64,000 bases of DNA. Source: Lytechinus pictus. Taxonomy: Eukaryota. Of this stretch, positions 13,747 through 26,363 are shown piece by piece. The translations under genes and the position numbers were made by a program. A model generated the notes under the pieces. That model was not told where the DNA came from, ran no database searches, and saw only the letters and a list, made by a program, of their open reading frames with translations. How positions within the stretch are numbered: the first letter of the stretch is position 1; each line of letters begins with the position of its first letter. The stretch is from the NCBI RefSeq assembly GCF_037042905.1, contig NC_087252.1:806001-870000 (forward strand), written 5' to 3'.

Positions 13747-14130
13747 ACAGTGCGTCCCAGAAAAAACGAAACCGAGATTTAGCGATGATTTATCATAACT
13801 TAATCAAAAATAGAATAGACAAATGACCTACCAATGTAAAGCTTAGAATCTCCTCTTTCATCTGATATTATTTAGATTATTCCTCATTCACGCATGAGTG
13901 AGCAAAAACAATTTGAAGGAAGGATACCAAAAACTCATTTGGCGGGGGGTATATGAATTTCAAAAAGAAAATCACATGTCTTAAAAGTTCAATATCCGCT
14001 CTTTAATTTGATACCTCAATTACAGAAAATGGTCATGAAATAACAAAGTTCTGGTTATTTGAAATAAGGCTTGAATTTCCATAATTTCATTAAATAAACT
14101 GTTTTCACCGGTTTCCAACAGAAGCTATCG
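13747..14130. mobile_element. Tc1/mariner-like MITE, one end only
   Basis: TA|CAGTGCGTCCCAGAAAAAACG terminus; no matching right TIR seen. Confidence 0.5.
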
Positions 14131-14132
14131 CG

Positions 14133-14476
14133 TGATTGACCGTCAGATAGACAGATTTTCGACACTATACCAATTATAATGTCCTTTGTCGGGTGAAGGT
14201 GGGTTTTGATTTCAATAGCTTTGATCCAGCTGAGGCATGGCGGCTTGTCATTGTTCAAAATCAATAGCTTTGATCCAGCTGAGGCATGGCGGCTTGTCAT
14301 TGTTCAAAATCAATAGCTTTGATCCAGCTGAGGCATGGCGGCTTGTCATTGTTCAAAACAATAGCTTTGATCCAGCTGAGGCATGGCGGCTTGTCATTGT
14401 TCAAAACCCACCTTCACCCGACAAAGGAAATTATAATTGGTATAGTGTCGAAAATCTGTCTATCTGACGGTCAATC
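14133..14476. repeat. Foldback: about 76-bp inverted arms enclosing four 49-bp tandem units
   Basis: 14133-14208 is the reverse complement of 14401-14476; unit TCAATAGCTTTGATCCAGCTGAGGCATGGCGGCTTGTCATTGTTCAAAA. Confidence 0.9.
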
Positions 14477-14503
14477 GGATTGGGGTCGCCCTAGCCACTA
14501 ACC

Positions 14504-14577
14504 CGTCTCTGTGGTCTAGTGGTTAAGGCACCGGCGTTCAAAGCTGGGGGCCCGGGTTCGATTCCCAGCAGAGACAT
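14504..14577 (+). ncRNA. tRNA-like sequence (tRNA-Glu-like body, apparent UCA anticodon), repeat-borne; probable pseudo-tRNA or SINE head
   Basis: GTCTCTG/CAGAGAC acceptor stem, GTCT/AGGC D stem, CCGGC-GTTCAAA-GCTGG anticodon arm, CCGGG-TTCGATT-CCCAG T arm (one mismatch); A and B boxes intact; T-run immediately downstream. Confidence 0.65.
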
Positions 14578-14671
14578 CTTTTCGGCATCACCAATTTTTC
14601 CAAAGGGTAGATAGCTCTGGGGAACCTTGATTTAAGCTACGCCTACCATTGTTCTCTTCATCCATTTCTTT

Positions 14672-14675
<4 letters not shown>

Positions 14676-14709
<34 letters not shown>

Positions 14710-14836
14710 GGCCCCATTGGCCGAAAGCTTGTAATAAAGATATACATGGAAGCTACGTCTTGCGTTGATGCTGAATTATTTACAAGTGTACATAGAACAT
14801 GACGCGCTGTAATACACGTTATGCAAAGGGCCCTCT

Positions 14837-14888
<52 letters not shown>

Positions 14889-15520
14889 CCCTATCTTATT
14901 TTCTATGTACATGCCTGTATATTAATGCAGAATTTTCGAAGGACCCCCAAACTAACAAAGAACTTATTGGGCCACCCTATGTTTATTATGTGAATTAAAT
15001 ATATATGTATATATATATATACATATGCATGTATATATATATATATATATATACGTGCGTGTGTGTATATATATCGACATATACATATATGTCTATATAT
15101 GTGTTTATTGATGTATAAATAGTGATGTATGTATATGTATATACATATATATCTATATCTCTTAATACACTATCTTATTTTATATGTACATGCCTATATA
15201 TTAGTGTTGTATTTTCAAAGGGTCCCAAACTAACAAGGACGTTTGTACATATTGGGTTACCCTTTGTTTGTTATGTTTATTAAATATATACATATATATA
15301 TGTATATTATATCTATTTATTTATATCTCGGTATACATATATATATTGTGTGTGTGTGTATCGTTGATATATTTATGTACGTATAAACGTCTATTTATGT
15401 ATAAATAGTGATGTATGTATATGTACATTTATATACATATAATTGTATATACACACATTAAATATATTACTTATTACATTATCATATTTTCTTTGTACAT
15501 GCCTGTATATTAATGTATAA
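14676..15520. repeat. (TA)n-rich block with three degenerate copies of a roughly 280-300 bp unit
   Basis: TATCTTATTTT..TGTACATGCCT.TATATTA.TG recurs at about 14890, 15170 and 15480 between TA/CA microsatellites. Confidence 0.75.
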
Positions 15521-16986
15521 ATTCCTTCCCCTATAATTGTATTATCGATCATGCTGTGAAATAGATGAATATCGATAATCAACTGTCAATTTTTTTACAT
15601 ATCAAAGATTTGCAAATTTACTTAAAACCTATAAAAGTCAAAATACATTCCTGTATTTGATTGGTCAGATTAAAATCACTAAAGGTTAAAATAATTGTGC
15701 AAGGTTTAGTACAGCGTCGACTGTATTTATTCTAAGTCCATTTGGCTTATTTCATTAAAGCTTGGGCAATTAATCAGTACTAAATTGGCCCAAATTAAAA
15801 AAGGTAGTTTTCAATCCTGGGTCTGAATCAATATTCTATGCAGATTTCGTAAAAAAATGCGCTTTTTAATTTAGTTTAGTATGAATGCGCGCTTTTGTAA
15901 AGGGGCGCTGAAATGACGCTTATTGCTATAGAGTCGGCATTAATGAACCCATGGTTTGTGTAAATCGATGTGCATATAAAACGATATTTAAAGCATGGTT
16001 TGAGAAGTCCGCGGATTAAAAACCATATTTTCTGAATATTCGCAAATGTTTCATTAACTGTGTTTCTGTTTATGTGACTGTGCTTCATTTATTTTGATGT
16101 TTAGCTAAAAGAAATAAGATTTAAAAAAAATTATAGATGATTCTTTTTATTGATTTGGATTGAATATATTCTGCGAACCTGGGTGGTGTTTATAAAATTG
16201 TTCGTAACTTACAAACACCTTTACGCGCAAATGATAACTATTCTTACGCTACATCGATAAATGAATAAGATTCAGATTAGCACCCAAAACATGTTCCATT
16301 TGCTCGTAACGTCTATTGTTAACTAACCACTTCATGAATCATCACCCAGTCTCGAAACATCTTACATAGATTTGCCCAATGCCATCGAAAAATCATATTT
16401 TGGATACAGCCCCTTACTATTTGATTATGGAAGGGGGATCTCATTTGTCAGAGTTTGCGAAACAAAAAAAAAATTATAATGAGGGCTTGGGATGGCAAAG
16501 TGGCCATTAACTTTATTGATGTTGGCTAAAAGAAAGACCGATGTAATCGAATCAGTAGACTGGATTCGCCACTGAAAAGAAGCAAAAACATCATCTCATC
16601 GTCGAGGCACACCAACTCAGCTCTTCAGAATGGACTGATTTAGCATGTGCGTAACGTGGAATTGTCTATTGAGGAATAGATTTGTCATGTTTGTGTACTA
16701 TGCTACATAGCCCAATATCTTCATTATTTTGAACTGATTTACATTCTCCAAGAGAAGGATTATTGTGTGAGGACATTTTTATTTTGTAACCATCTGATAC
16801 GTCAACATTGATTCACACTTCAAGAACAGGATCCTATAGAATATGAAGAACCCTCATCTTTCACTGCAGGATTTCTAAACCTGGATTTCTCCAAGACACA
16901 CAAAATAAGGAAATGCTTCCCGTTTGGACCATTTATCCTGCTTAATCATGTAGATCCAATTTCCTGATGGTCATGGCATTTAGTGT

Positions 16987-17372
16987 AAATCTAGTGTAGT
17001 CTGGCTGGGAGATGGTGACCTGTGAATGATGTACCCACGGGGCCTTGACCCTTAAACTGTGGGTGAACGGCACGCCCAGTCAGATTTAGTCCCTTTTTTC
17101 ATTTTTTTTTTTTTACATTTAATCTAAATCTAGAGTTGTCTGGCTGGGAGACGGTGACCTGTGAATGATGTGCCCACGGGGCCTTGTCCCTTAAACTGTG
17201 GGTGAACGGCACGCCCAGTCAGGTTTAGTCCCTTTTTTCATTTTTTTTTTTTTACATTTAATCTAAATCTAGAGTTGTCTGGCTGGGAGACGGTGACCTG
17301 TGAATGATGTGCCCACGGGGCCTTGTCCCTTTAACTGTGGGTGAACGGCACGCCCAGTCAGGTTTAGTCCCT
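16987..17372 (+). repeat. Three tandem copies of a 139-bp unit with a GC-rich hairpin
   Basis: AAATCTAG starts at 16987, 17126 and 17265; near-identical units separated by T-rich tracts. Confidence 0.92.
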
Positions 17373-18454
17373 TTCTTTTCTTTTCTTTTTCCTTCTTTAT
17401 TTTATTAAAAACTAAAACTGCCATAACTGCCGAAATTGATCACTGTTACCTTTAAAACAAATCAATGGAAATTGAGTTGTTTGATTTTATGTTGTCAGCA
17501 CGATTTGCTCATTTCCCCTGGAATTGTTCATGTATTTCCTTTGTATCAAATCTATACTTGATTGCAAACAAATAATTCCTATTAAAAGGTGATTAATAGG
17601 ATCAAGAGGTTCAGATTTGTAAAAATTATTTGTCAAAATCTGTATCCCTTATTTCACATTTTTTGCCAAGATATAAAGTTCTTATTAAGATTTCTTAGCA
17701 AATAATATTGCATTATGGGCTTTTTAGGGTGTCATTTCCAAACAGAGCCTGCAAGTTAGGCTATCCGCGAATCCAATCAAGCAAAATTTGATGTTTGGGC
17801 CTGTTGATTGTTAGGTGTTTGCAAAAAATAACCTTGTTAAGAAATGAAATGTTATTCTCGAAAACATATTGTGAACTATTAATCATAGAAAAGGAACCAT
17901 TACAAAATATATACTGGGATGCAGATGGCGTTACGTATATGTCGACTTTCGCCCAATACAAAGGATGATTACGATTTTGTTGGAACTTGGAACAATGGAA
18001 ATCCTCCAGTAAACTCCCTCTCCTCTGATGCCATACTAACACAAGTCTTTTTTTTCATGGCATTATTTAAACAAAATAAGGTTGATACTTGTGAACAGGG
18101 ACCAAGTGATCCTGTGTAGGGGAAAGATGCTAGAGTATGAATGTTACCAGGTTACACATTGCGAGTGTTGGCAATAGGGCGTTTATGCTTGATTCACTGT
18201 CCTCCGACCAACCGTGCAACCTATGAATCAATACGGTTCGGCTGCTGGTATTTATGGTATATTTTCTACCTGGGTGTTTCAATTATACCTGCCTATAGTT
18301 TATGCACTGACAAAGCAACGTACCTGGCCCATAATAAATCCATTGCTTTTGTTTTTGAAAGCTTGTTTAGGGTAAGGCTGCCATAGGTAACATTGCTCTG
18401 AAGTCGAAGTCATCTATATTGTCTTTAATCGTAAGCTCATTAGTATCGCATTAA

Positions 18455-19046
18455 AGGGATTGTCCAGGCTGGAAATATTTGTATCTCAATAAAAAGAGAA
18501 AATTCACAGAGCAAAATGCTGAAAATTTGATCAAAATCGGATAACAAATACTCGTAACAAAGTTATTGAATTTTAAAGAATCGCATTATTCCGGTGAAAA
18601 AGTTCTACATATGTCTTTATTAATATTCATTAGGTGGGCTGATGTCATATCCCCACTTGTTATTTTGTATTTTTTAAACGAAATTAGGTGTATTTAAAAA
18701 ATTTCTGCCAAGAACTAAAACAATTGGATTGACAACTGATTGAGTGCATTAGTTATTTATTGCCGAAACTTATTTCATTGTAATGGAGACACATCATTTA
18801 CACATGTAGGATTTCATGTAATAACATATAACATGAAAAAGGAAAGTGGAGATGTGACATCATCAGCCAACCTAATGAATATTCATGACGATGTGCATAT
18901 AACTGTTTTCACAAAATATTGATAAACTTTAAAATTCAATCACTCCGTTATTTGTTATCCGATTTTGATTAAATTTTCAGCATTGTGCTCTGTGCATTTT
19001 ACTCTAGTTATTTAGATATAAATATTTCCGGCCCGCACCATCCCTT
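18455..19046. mobile_element. Kolobok-like MITE (relative of family A)
   Basis: TTAA flanks; AGGGAT..ATCCCT termini; subterminal AATGCTGAAAATTTGATCAAAATCGG at both ends. Confidence 0.75.
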
Positions 19047-19194
19047 TTAATCAGACAACTGTAGTTCTGCACTTAAAACGCAAGGTTTCATTGTGTTACC
19101 AGTTCATCTATTCATCTGGAAGTTTTAAAGCTTAAAATACGACTCTTTGCATTAAATATTTGTGTATTTCGAAAGGGCTAATTCCACTGGTTTA

Positions 19195-19864
19195 TGCAGC
19201 TATTACACTTGCCCAAATAGTTCACGACTAGTTCACGCATCGAGTCGTGCCACGTCGTTCCATGTCGTGACGCGTGCGGGCCAGTGTGGGACAATGCTTG
19301 AAGTGTCATGCCAAAATTTTAAAATTTCTAAAATAATGGCACGACAAAGTTCGGTGTGGACTATTCATAAATTGCGCGCAACCTCGTCGGGCCAAGTCGT
19401 ACTATGATACGAGTGTCACGCAGTAGCACGACTAGTTAACGACTAGTTTACGAATAGTTTGCGACAAGTTAAACAAAAGTTTGCGCATAGTTCACGCTCG
19501 CCTCTGAATTGCTCTCAAAGGTATACGCATGCGCAGTTTGGCTATAACGAACGGCAATTCATGGAGTTCGATTTTATGCTCCAATGAATTATGGTGAATT
19601 GAATGATGTGACCAATAGCATATCCAGCATTAACTATGACAGAGAAATGTATGGGCCATGCACAAGCATAATTTTCCCAAGACAATTGGGCCATGGAATG
19701 CTTTGTATAATATAATACTGGATAAGCACCTGGTGACAGTCCGCAAACTATTCATAAATACTGCGTAAACATGTCGTGTCATTGCCTAAACTTGTCGTGC
19801 CCCACATTGTCACGAACTGGTACGATGATAAAATCATGCCAGTGTACATGGTGTAATAGCTGCA
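19195..19864. mobile_element. PIF/Harbinger-like MITE
   Basis: TIR TGCAGCTATTACAC / GTGTAATAGCTGCA; TTA TSD on both sides. Confidence 0.8.
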
Positions 19865-22800
19865 TTAGACGTCGAAGCCACCCATGAACTACTTGGGCAA
19901 TCACATGAAAAATGTCTTGGAGACCTCTCCGTGACTCATCTAGACAAGGTCATCTCCGTCGCCACGACGTTACGGAGGCACCCCCCCCCCTCACCCCTCC
20001 CCCCCAAAAAAAACACGAAAAAGTGGATTTAAATAACTTTCTCTGGCAAATGATGACATTGCAGAGACCACTAGACTGGGAAATCGGTTTGTTCCTTGCG
20101 ACTTTCCAGAGACCTAACTGGTCTTCAGAGATGTATCCAAGACGAGAGAAAAATCGAGTTACTAGTTCTGATGTCAGTCCGCCCAGTGGTCCCCCTTAAA
20201 GCACCAGACCTTCGTATAACATGTAGAATGGATATGAACAAGTAAATTATATTGCAGCATTACAAATTTGTAATATGAATGATGCGATTGGCCATTTTGG
20301 CAATTTAATCAAATCTTTTTATATTTGATTGGTGCTTAGATAAAGAACACTTCCATTCAGCTGATGTTAATATTGTGTTTCACTAATTAGAATGACATTT
20401 TTTTATAAACGTTGAGCCCAGCTTTAAACACGTCTTTGTGATTCACATTCTGGATATTGTTATACAGTATATACAATTGAAAAGTGATATTCCTTGTGAA
20501 TACTCTCAAAACAAAACAAAAAGTGGATTAGGTCCTTATTCATTTAAATTTTTAATCAAAATGATTTAAATAAATCCAGACTAGATGTGAATTACCTGCA
20601 ATACATTGGATTTATAATTGAAATTTGTCCTGTAAGATTTGATTTTAAATTGTTAGAGGCTTGAAGATATTTATAATTCAAAATCTAAGAGTTCGACGGT
20701 CTACTACTCACACCCGATCTAGAATTATTTTGAGTCCATGATTTTTTTAGAGTGTATTTTGTTTCGTAAAGTTACAATATATGTTCCGACGTTATGTATT
20801 CTACCTGTGAAGCAGCATTTTCATCTCAATCTGGTCAATAGAAATTCACTTTAATCTTTAGCCAAAGAGTAGAGCGCATTTCATGTATATACAAGTGTAA
20901 CATCAATCATACTATACAGCAGCTATCGCATGTAGAGATCAAGTTTGTCTCCAAGCACTAAGTCATAAGGGCGATTCCATGCGCGACGTATGGGACATTT
21001 AGACTACAATTTCTTGTCTCTTGGCCAAAGCGTGACAAACAAAAATAGTGTTATGACAATGACAAAGTACAAGTGGGTATTCTTATTGAAAAATGACAAC
21101 CAACAAAATTAGTTGTTTATGGTGAATAAGGAGTGAAAATGCTATTTGTCGTATGGGGCGCAGATAATTTTCTTATCGAGAAAAAAGAAATCCGTTCCAA
21201 AGCTTCGCATATTTTTCGTTACGCCGTTCCGGCCGCATTGATCCGCTACAATGAGCTGCAATTTTGGTATTCAGTTCTCTCATCTTACCAATCATCCCCT
21301 CCCACCATCCCATTTTCCTTTCAACTCTCTGGGTTTCTTTCTTTGTATTTTCATTTACTCTTCCTTCTCGGAAAAAAATGTCTCCTACCAATCTACCTCC
21401 TTTCACCATCACTGAATCCCGTCGACCTCCAAACAGATTTCCTCGGCAAACGCTAGGGCATGTGCCTCTGGTTCCTTCAATTCCGTCTCTCCTACAATCG
21501 CACCTATCTGCCTAACTTTTATTTTAAGGGTATACAAAACCACAACCTTGACCATTTCCAAAAATTGCTTCCTACTAAATATTGAGTCAATCGATATGAA
21601 ATTCATTCGTTTCCCTGTTAAATTAGTTATCTCGGTGAATTGTCTTTTTTGCACCCCGGAAAATTTGCTACCTGGGCACATGCGCCGTATATCGTCTCAA
21701 GGATAAGCCACAAATGTCATCGAATCCCACCTACAGTCCCACCTCCTCCGTCTCGTTTTTCCAAACATTCATCCCAATCGCCCACCTAAATGTTTGCAGA
21801 TTGTTTGGGAAAATAGACGAATTAATTCTTATATTATTAAACTGAAGCTTGATGGATAACCGAAAATTGGTTAACTCCATTCATTGCAGATAGAAGTATG
21901 ACAGGCCTAATTGATTTTCCATAGACTCGTGTGTTAAAGTGGCACTTTAAAAAAATCATAAAAAATTAGGAAATTCGAGGGTTAATTGAATGTTCACTAC
22001 CAGTGGATAGGATATATATCTGACATTCCATATCTGACCAGAAAAGGGTACCTCGACCGGTTAATTTTAAAACTAAATCGGCATTTATGAAGACTACACC
22101 TGACAGGATAAACTTCATCACTTGAGAGAGTAAAATGGCCCTAATTCTTCCTCCAGTAAAAAAAATAGTTGCCAAGTGGTGATATATCTTTCCAATTTGG
22201 AAAAAGGAAGTTCAGTAGGTACCCTCCCTAGAATCAGTGTTAGATTGTCAGTCATATTCATTCATTTTTGTCAATCAGCAATATCAAATTTAAAAATTGA
22301 GAATGGGTTGGCTCGAACGAATATCTTTTGGCTGCCAGTTGTAATTAGGCCCATGTAACCTCAGATGGGTTATTCGCCACGATCGTGTTGATGGCCATCG
22401 TTGAGGGGGTGTGAGCATTTTCGCCAGAACTCACAATCAATTTTAAATGATAGCGCTGTAAAAAATGTTTGGGTAAACTAGAGAGCACCATTTTCAGAAA
22501 ATACTCATAGATGTTTGTTTTTTATACAGACCTCCAGATGCAACTAATGATTATTCCAAAAAAATCTAAAGAATTATTAATACTTGGAGATCTTAATAAC
22601 ACTGACCGTGTAAACCCTGTCAATATCATTAATGATCGTTTTGCTCCAAGTCAGAAAATATCAAACCTAATGACACCTTTATCTTTCAAATGTCTTGTAT
22701 AGATCCTCTTTGCCTCTTTGGTAACGTGCAAATGTAATTATCTATGATCAAAGTCAGATGCAAAACAAGTAATAACATTATTATGTTCCGCTTTATCTCA

Positions 22801-22981
22801 CAAAACAATAGTTCATGTACGCACATTCCGGATTCCTGGTCTGTTTACAAACATGACAAATGAGAGGACTTATGATGTCACTCAATTTTTCTTTTGTATT
22901 TTATTATATGACATATGAAATATAATTTTCTCATTGTCCTTTGAGACAAAATTTTATTCCTCCCTGATAAACATTTGGTAA

Positions 22982-24648
22982 CAGTGGCGTAACTACGGGG
23001 GCACGTGCCCCCCCCCCCCCACAATCGCAATCGGCTGGCCAAAAAAGGAGAAAAATAGGGGAAAAGAAAGAGAAACGCAGTGGGGGAAGAACAATTATTC
23101 TATATTAAATTATGATATAATATATTATACTACATAACAATTCTTTTTCATAATTTTACGAAACATAATTTGCTTCGGGACTTATGTGTTTATTTTTCCT
23201 GGTGTTCGCACTGTCTCTGTTTAATGACATATATAATCCTGTTGTACTAAAACATCCCGTTTTCTAGTCAATATACACTGAATATATTTCCTCGCAATTC
23301 GAGTTGTTATTGTTTAATGTAGTGACATATGCTTATTTTCGTGACTAAAAATAATTGCCCCCTTTTAAGGTCTGAATATAAAACATTTCTCGTCCTTATG
23401 TTCGCATTGTTAAAAAAGGTTAAACTGAATTCATTAGAAAAAAGACGAAAATACCATAGACTTGTCTTATACTATAAAATTGTAAATAAGATTGTTATAT
23501 GTAGGAGAAATAAATAGGTGCACACAAGCGAACAGAATAGGAAGAAATGATAATACTTTTAAGATGAATGTTCCATATGCCAGAACAGACTATTATATTA
23601 AATCATTTTATCCTCAAACAATCAATGAGTGGAATCAACTCCCTGAAATTGTAGTTAATAGCCCATCTCTCAATACATTTAAATCGTCCCTGTTGAAACA
23701 TCTCCAGTTAGACATTTGAGTTATTGTTTCAAGCAATCTTAGTATTTTGAAGAATTATTTTTTGTATCCCTGATGTTGTACTTAAACTATAATCTTTTAT
23801 CTGCCTTTATATTATGTATTTGTATTACTTGGTTAATGTCATCGATATGTTTTGTACTTCGTTTTATATATCTGGGATGCCAACTTGTATGGGTTTTCCT
23901 AAACCTTGTTTTGCAACCCGAGACATGTAAATATTTTATTTTTCTGTTTGAATAAATCAAATCAAATCAAATTAATGGGTTGTGAGGTATGTCTGCTCTT
24001 CATGAATTCATAAAAAACAGCCCTTAAAATGTTCCTTTTCCTGGTCTGAATAACAAAATATTTTAGAAAAAATACGTATGGTCTAAGTGAATTCCTACAA
24101 ACAAGCCTTAGAATGTCCAGATTCAGGTCTAAATTTTAACATTTTTGAGCTCGCTTTTCGTGCTCGCAATATTTGATTCGTGAGGTACGTATCATGTTCA
24201 TGATTTTAACGACTACAAAAGGTACTTTAAGTGTAATTCTAATGAACTTAGCAACGGTTGGTGCTCGCATTAGATGACTATAGTGAGATATTGTTGCTCT
24301 TCATGAATTCGTAAAAGACAGTCCTTAAAATGTCCCTCTTTGGGGTCAATATCATATAAAAACTTTCAGCTTGAGCTTCGGGCTCCCATTATTTGTTTCG
24401 TAAGACAGGTACGTATTACAAAAATTTGCTTATAATGTCCCTTTTAAGGTCTGAATATAAAATATTTTCAGCTTGTGCTTCGCGCTCGTATTGATTGATC
24501 AGTGAGATACATATCCGTTTAATGGCATAGCCCTTAAAATATCTATATTAGGTCAGTATACATGGCGATTGAGCGCACTTTGCGCGCCCACTAAGTGAAT
24601 AAAAATGTTTGCTGGTTCCCCCCGTGCCAGGACCCACGGTACGCCAAT
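22982..24648. mobile_element. hAT-like poly-G element inserted into a family A MITE (remnants about 22840-22980 and 24650-24785)
   Basis: CAGTGGCGTAAC ... GGTACGCCAATG ends; the flanks rejoin into family A sequence; TSD is degenerate. Confidence 0.6.
23405..23971 (+). mobile_element. 5'-truncated CR1/L2-group LINE
   Basis: Frameshifted ORF2 end LNSLEKRRKYHRLVLYYKIVN / ARTDYYIKSFYPQTINEWNQLP..SLNTFKSSL; tail AATAAA(TCAAA)n. Confidence 0.85.
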
Positions 24649-25258
24649 GTGTGATATTACTATTGTTTTAACATCTTATGGTTCATTCAAATTGGTCTTT
24701 ATTGGCAAATCTGTAAAAATTGAAATATTGTATAATTCATCCAATTTCTCTTTTCATTAAAATCAAGTTTTTGTTGGGTCGGACTTGTTCGTCAATGAAG
24801 TCAAAATCAATGAATCTATTAATCATAAATTCTTTGATAAAGACACGTTTTTTTATCCAATAAGAAATCGGATTGCAATGACCACGCTTTTGTATACACG
24901 TTTAAATAAAAGTAGGGGGCTGTTGCGGACCCTATCTATAACACCCAAATATTATCTTGTAAGATTATCCAGCTCACCACAAAACTCAAAAAAGCATTCG
25001 CCCTTGTCCCCCCCCCCCCCCCTTCATTCTCACCAAAAGATGATGCATTGTACATATCTAGTTCAAGCTCGTGTATAGACCTAATCAATTTTCAAAATAT
25101 AGGGGTAAATTTTACACCGATAATTCATATAATATATGACCGATAAACAGGATATAGCCTATGTGATCAATCTAGCGAATGCAGGAGTAGACCGAAAAAG
25201 GATCCGGTGTCAGGTAAAAGAATAGACTCGCCCTTTAGGGCACACACGGGTCAATCTA

Positions 25259-25650
25259 ATACCCCTTTCATAAACCCAATAAAACCCAATTATGCGGCTA
25301 ATAGCAGCATAGTTTGGTCGTAAAATCAGAGGAGGACAAGAGTTATCCGCATTATTCTGATGCTGCTATTATCCGCATAATAGCGGCATCGGGACAAGAT
25401 TGTGAGTTTATGAACGTATTTCCAAATAATGCGGATAATTGCCATGGTGCGGTCACAAGGTCACCCTTTTCCAACACAACCGCATCGGAGGGGGCGTGTC
25501 CAGTTGTCATGACGATTATCCGCCTTTTTCAGGACGGGCGCTCGTAAAAATAATGCGGATAATTTTCGGAGTTTGTAAACGCAATTTTTATTGAATTATC
25601 CGCATTACTATTAGGCGGCTAATTGGAGGATAGGTTTATGAAAGGGGTAT
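25259..25650. mobile_element. MITE about 0.7 kb upstream of the RNase T2 ATG
   Basis: TIR ATACCCCTTTCATAAACC / GGTTTATGAAAGGGGTAT; internal ATTATCCGCATTA repeats. Confidence 0.8.
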
Positions 25651-26363
25651 TATGAAACAAAGCCATAAATTATTCTGTCTGTTCACAGCTAGAAAAACCA
25701 GATCCGCGTTGCCAACAACAATATTAGAAATTCAAATGATATACAAAAATACAGCCTAGCTTCTTTAGAGGCCTGATTGTGAAAGAGAATGAATAGAGGA
25801 TGTATTCGTTTATAATTTGGTGTGAAGTAATTTTATGTCAGTTTGATAAATTATGTTTTGCGCGCGGAGGAATCACTCATGTTGTTTCAAAACAAAAATT
25901 GTCTCCGTTTACTTCCCCCATCCCCCTTTAATGACGTCGTGGGACTAATAAAACCAACTCCAAAATGATCTATTCGATATTTAAAAAAAATTGAATTGTC
26001 GATCTGTTTGGGGTTTTTCAGGATGACTGGGGCAGTATACTGTTATAATATAAGCCGAATGAACGAGTTTGATAATAACACCACTACGCTCTCATTTCTA
26101 AGATGGATGATCAAAAACATTCGTCTTGTATTCAAGGTTAAATGCCGTATGGTGGTTTCTCATTATCACATCTATGTATCTTATAACATCCGTTAATATC
26201 AAAATCCGTTAGTATAACATGAATATCAAAATCTGTTAGGGTTTATAAGTACGACCCCCACCTCAAATCTTCGCCACTGCTTCAATAATTTAAGAGCTTT
26301 CGAAAGCGAAAAAGAAGCGAAAAGTGATTGAGATTGATAAACTGATAGACCTGAAGATCAACA

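Noticed and set aside
14212..14406. CRISPR-like array
   Set aside because: Units are contiguous and near-identical, with no unique spacers and no cas genes; eukaryotic context.
14504..14577. Bona fide tRNA-Sec gene
   Set aside because: No long variable arm or extended acceptor stem; it is part of a repeat with a second copy 1 kb away.
17020..17075. SECIS element in the 139-bp repeat
   Set aside because: ATGA and GA are present, but the helix II register is off and the AAA lies on the 3' side of the loop; no selenoprotein ORF upstream.
21133..22358. Cluster of overlapping 60-107-aa ORFs
   Set aside because: No recognisable motif or consistent splice structure.
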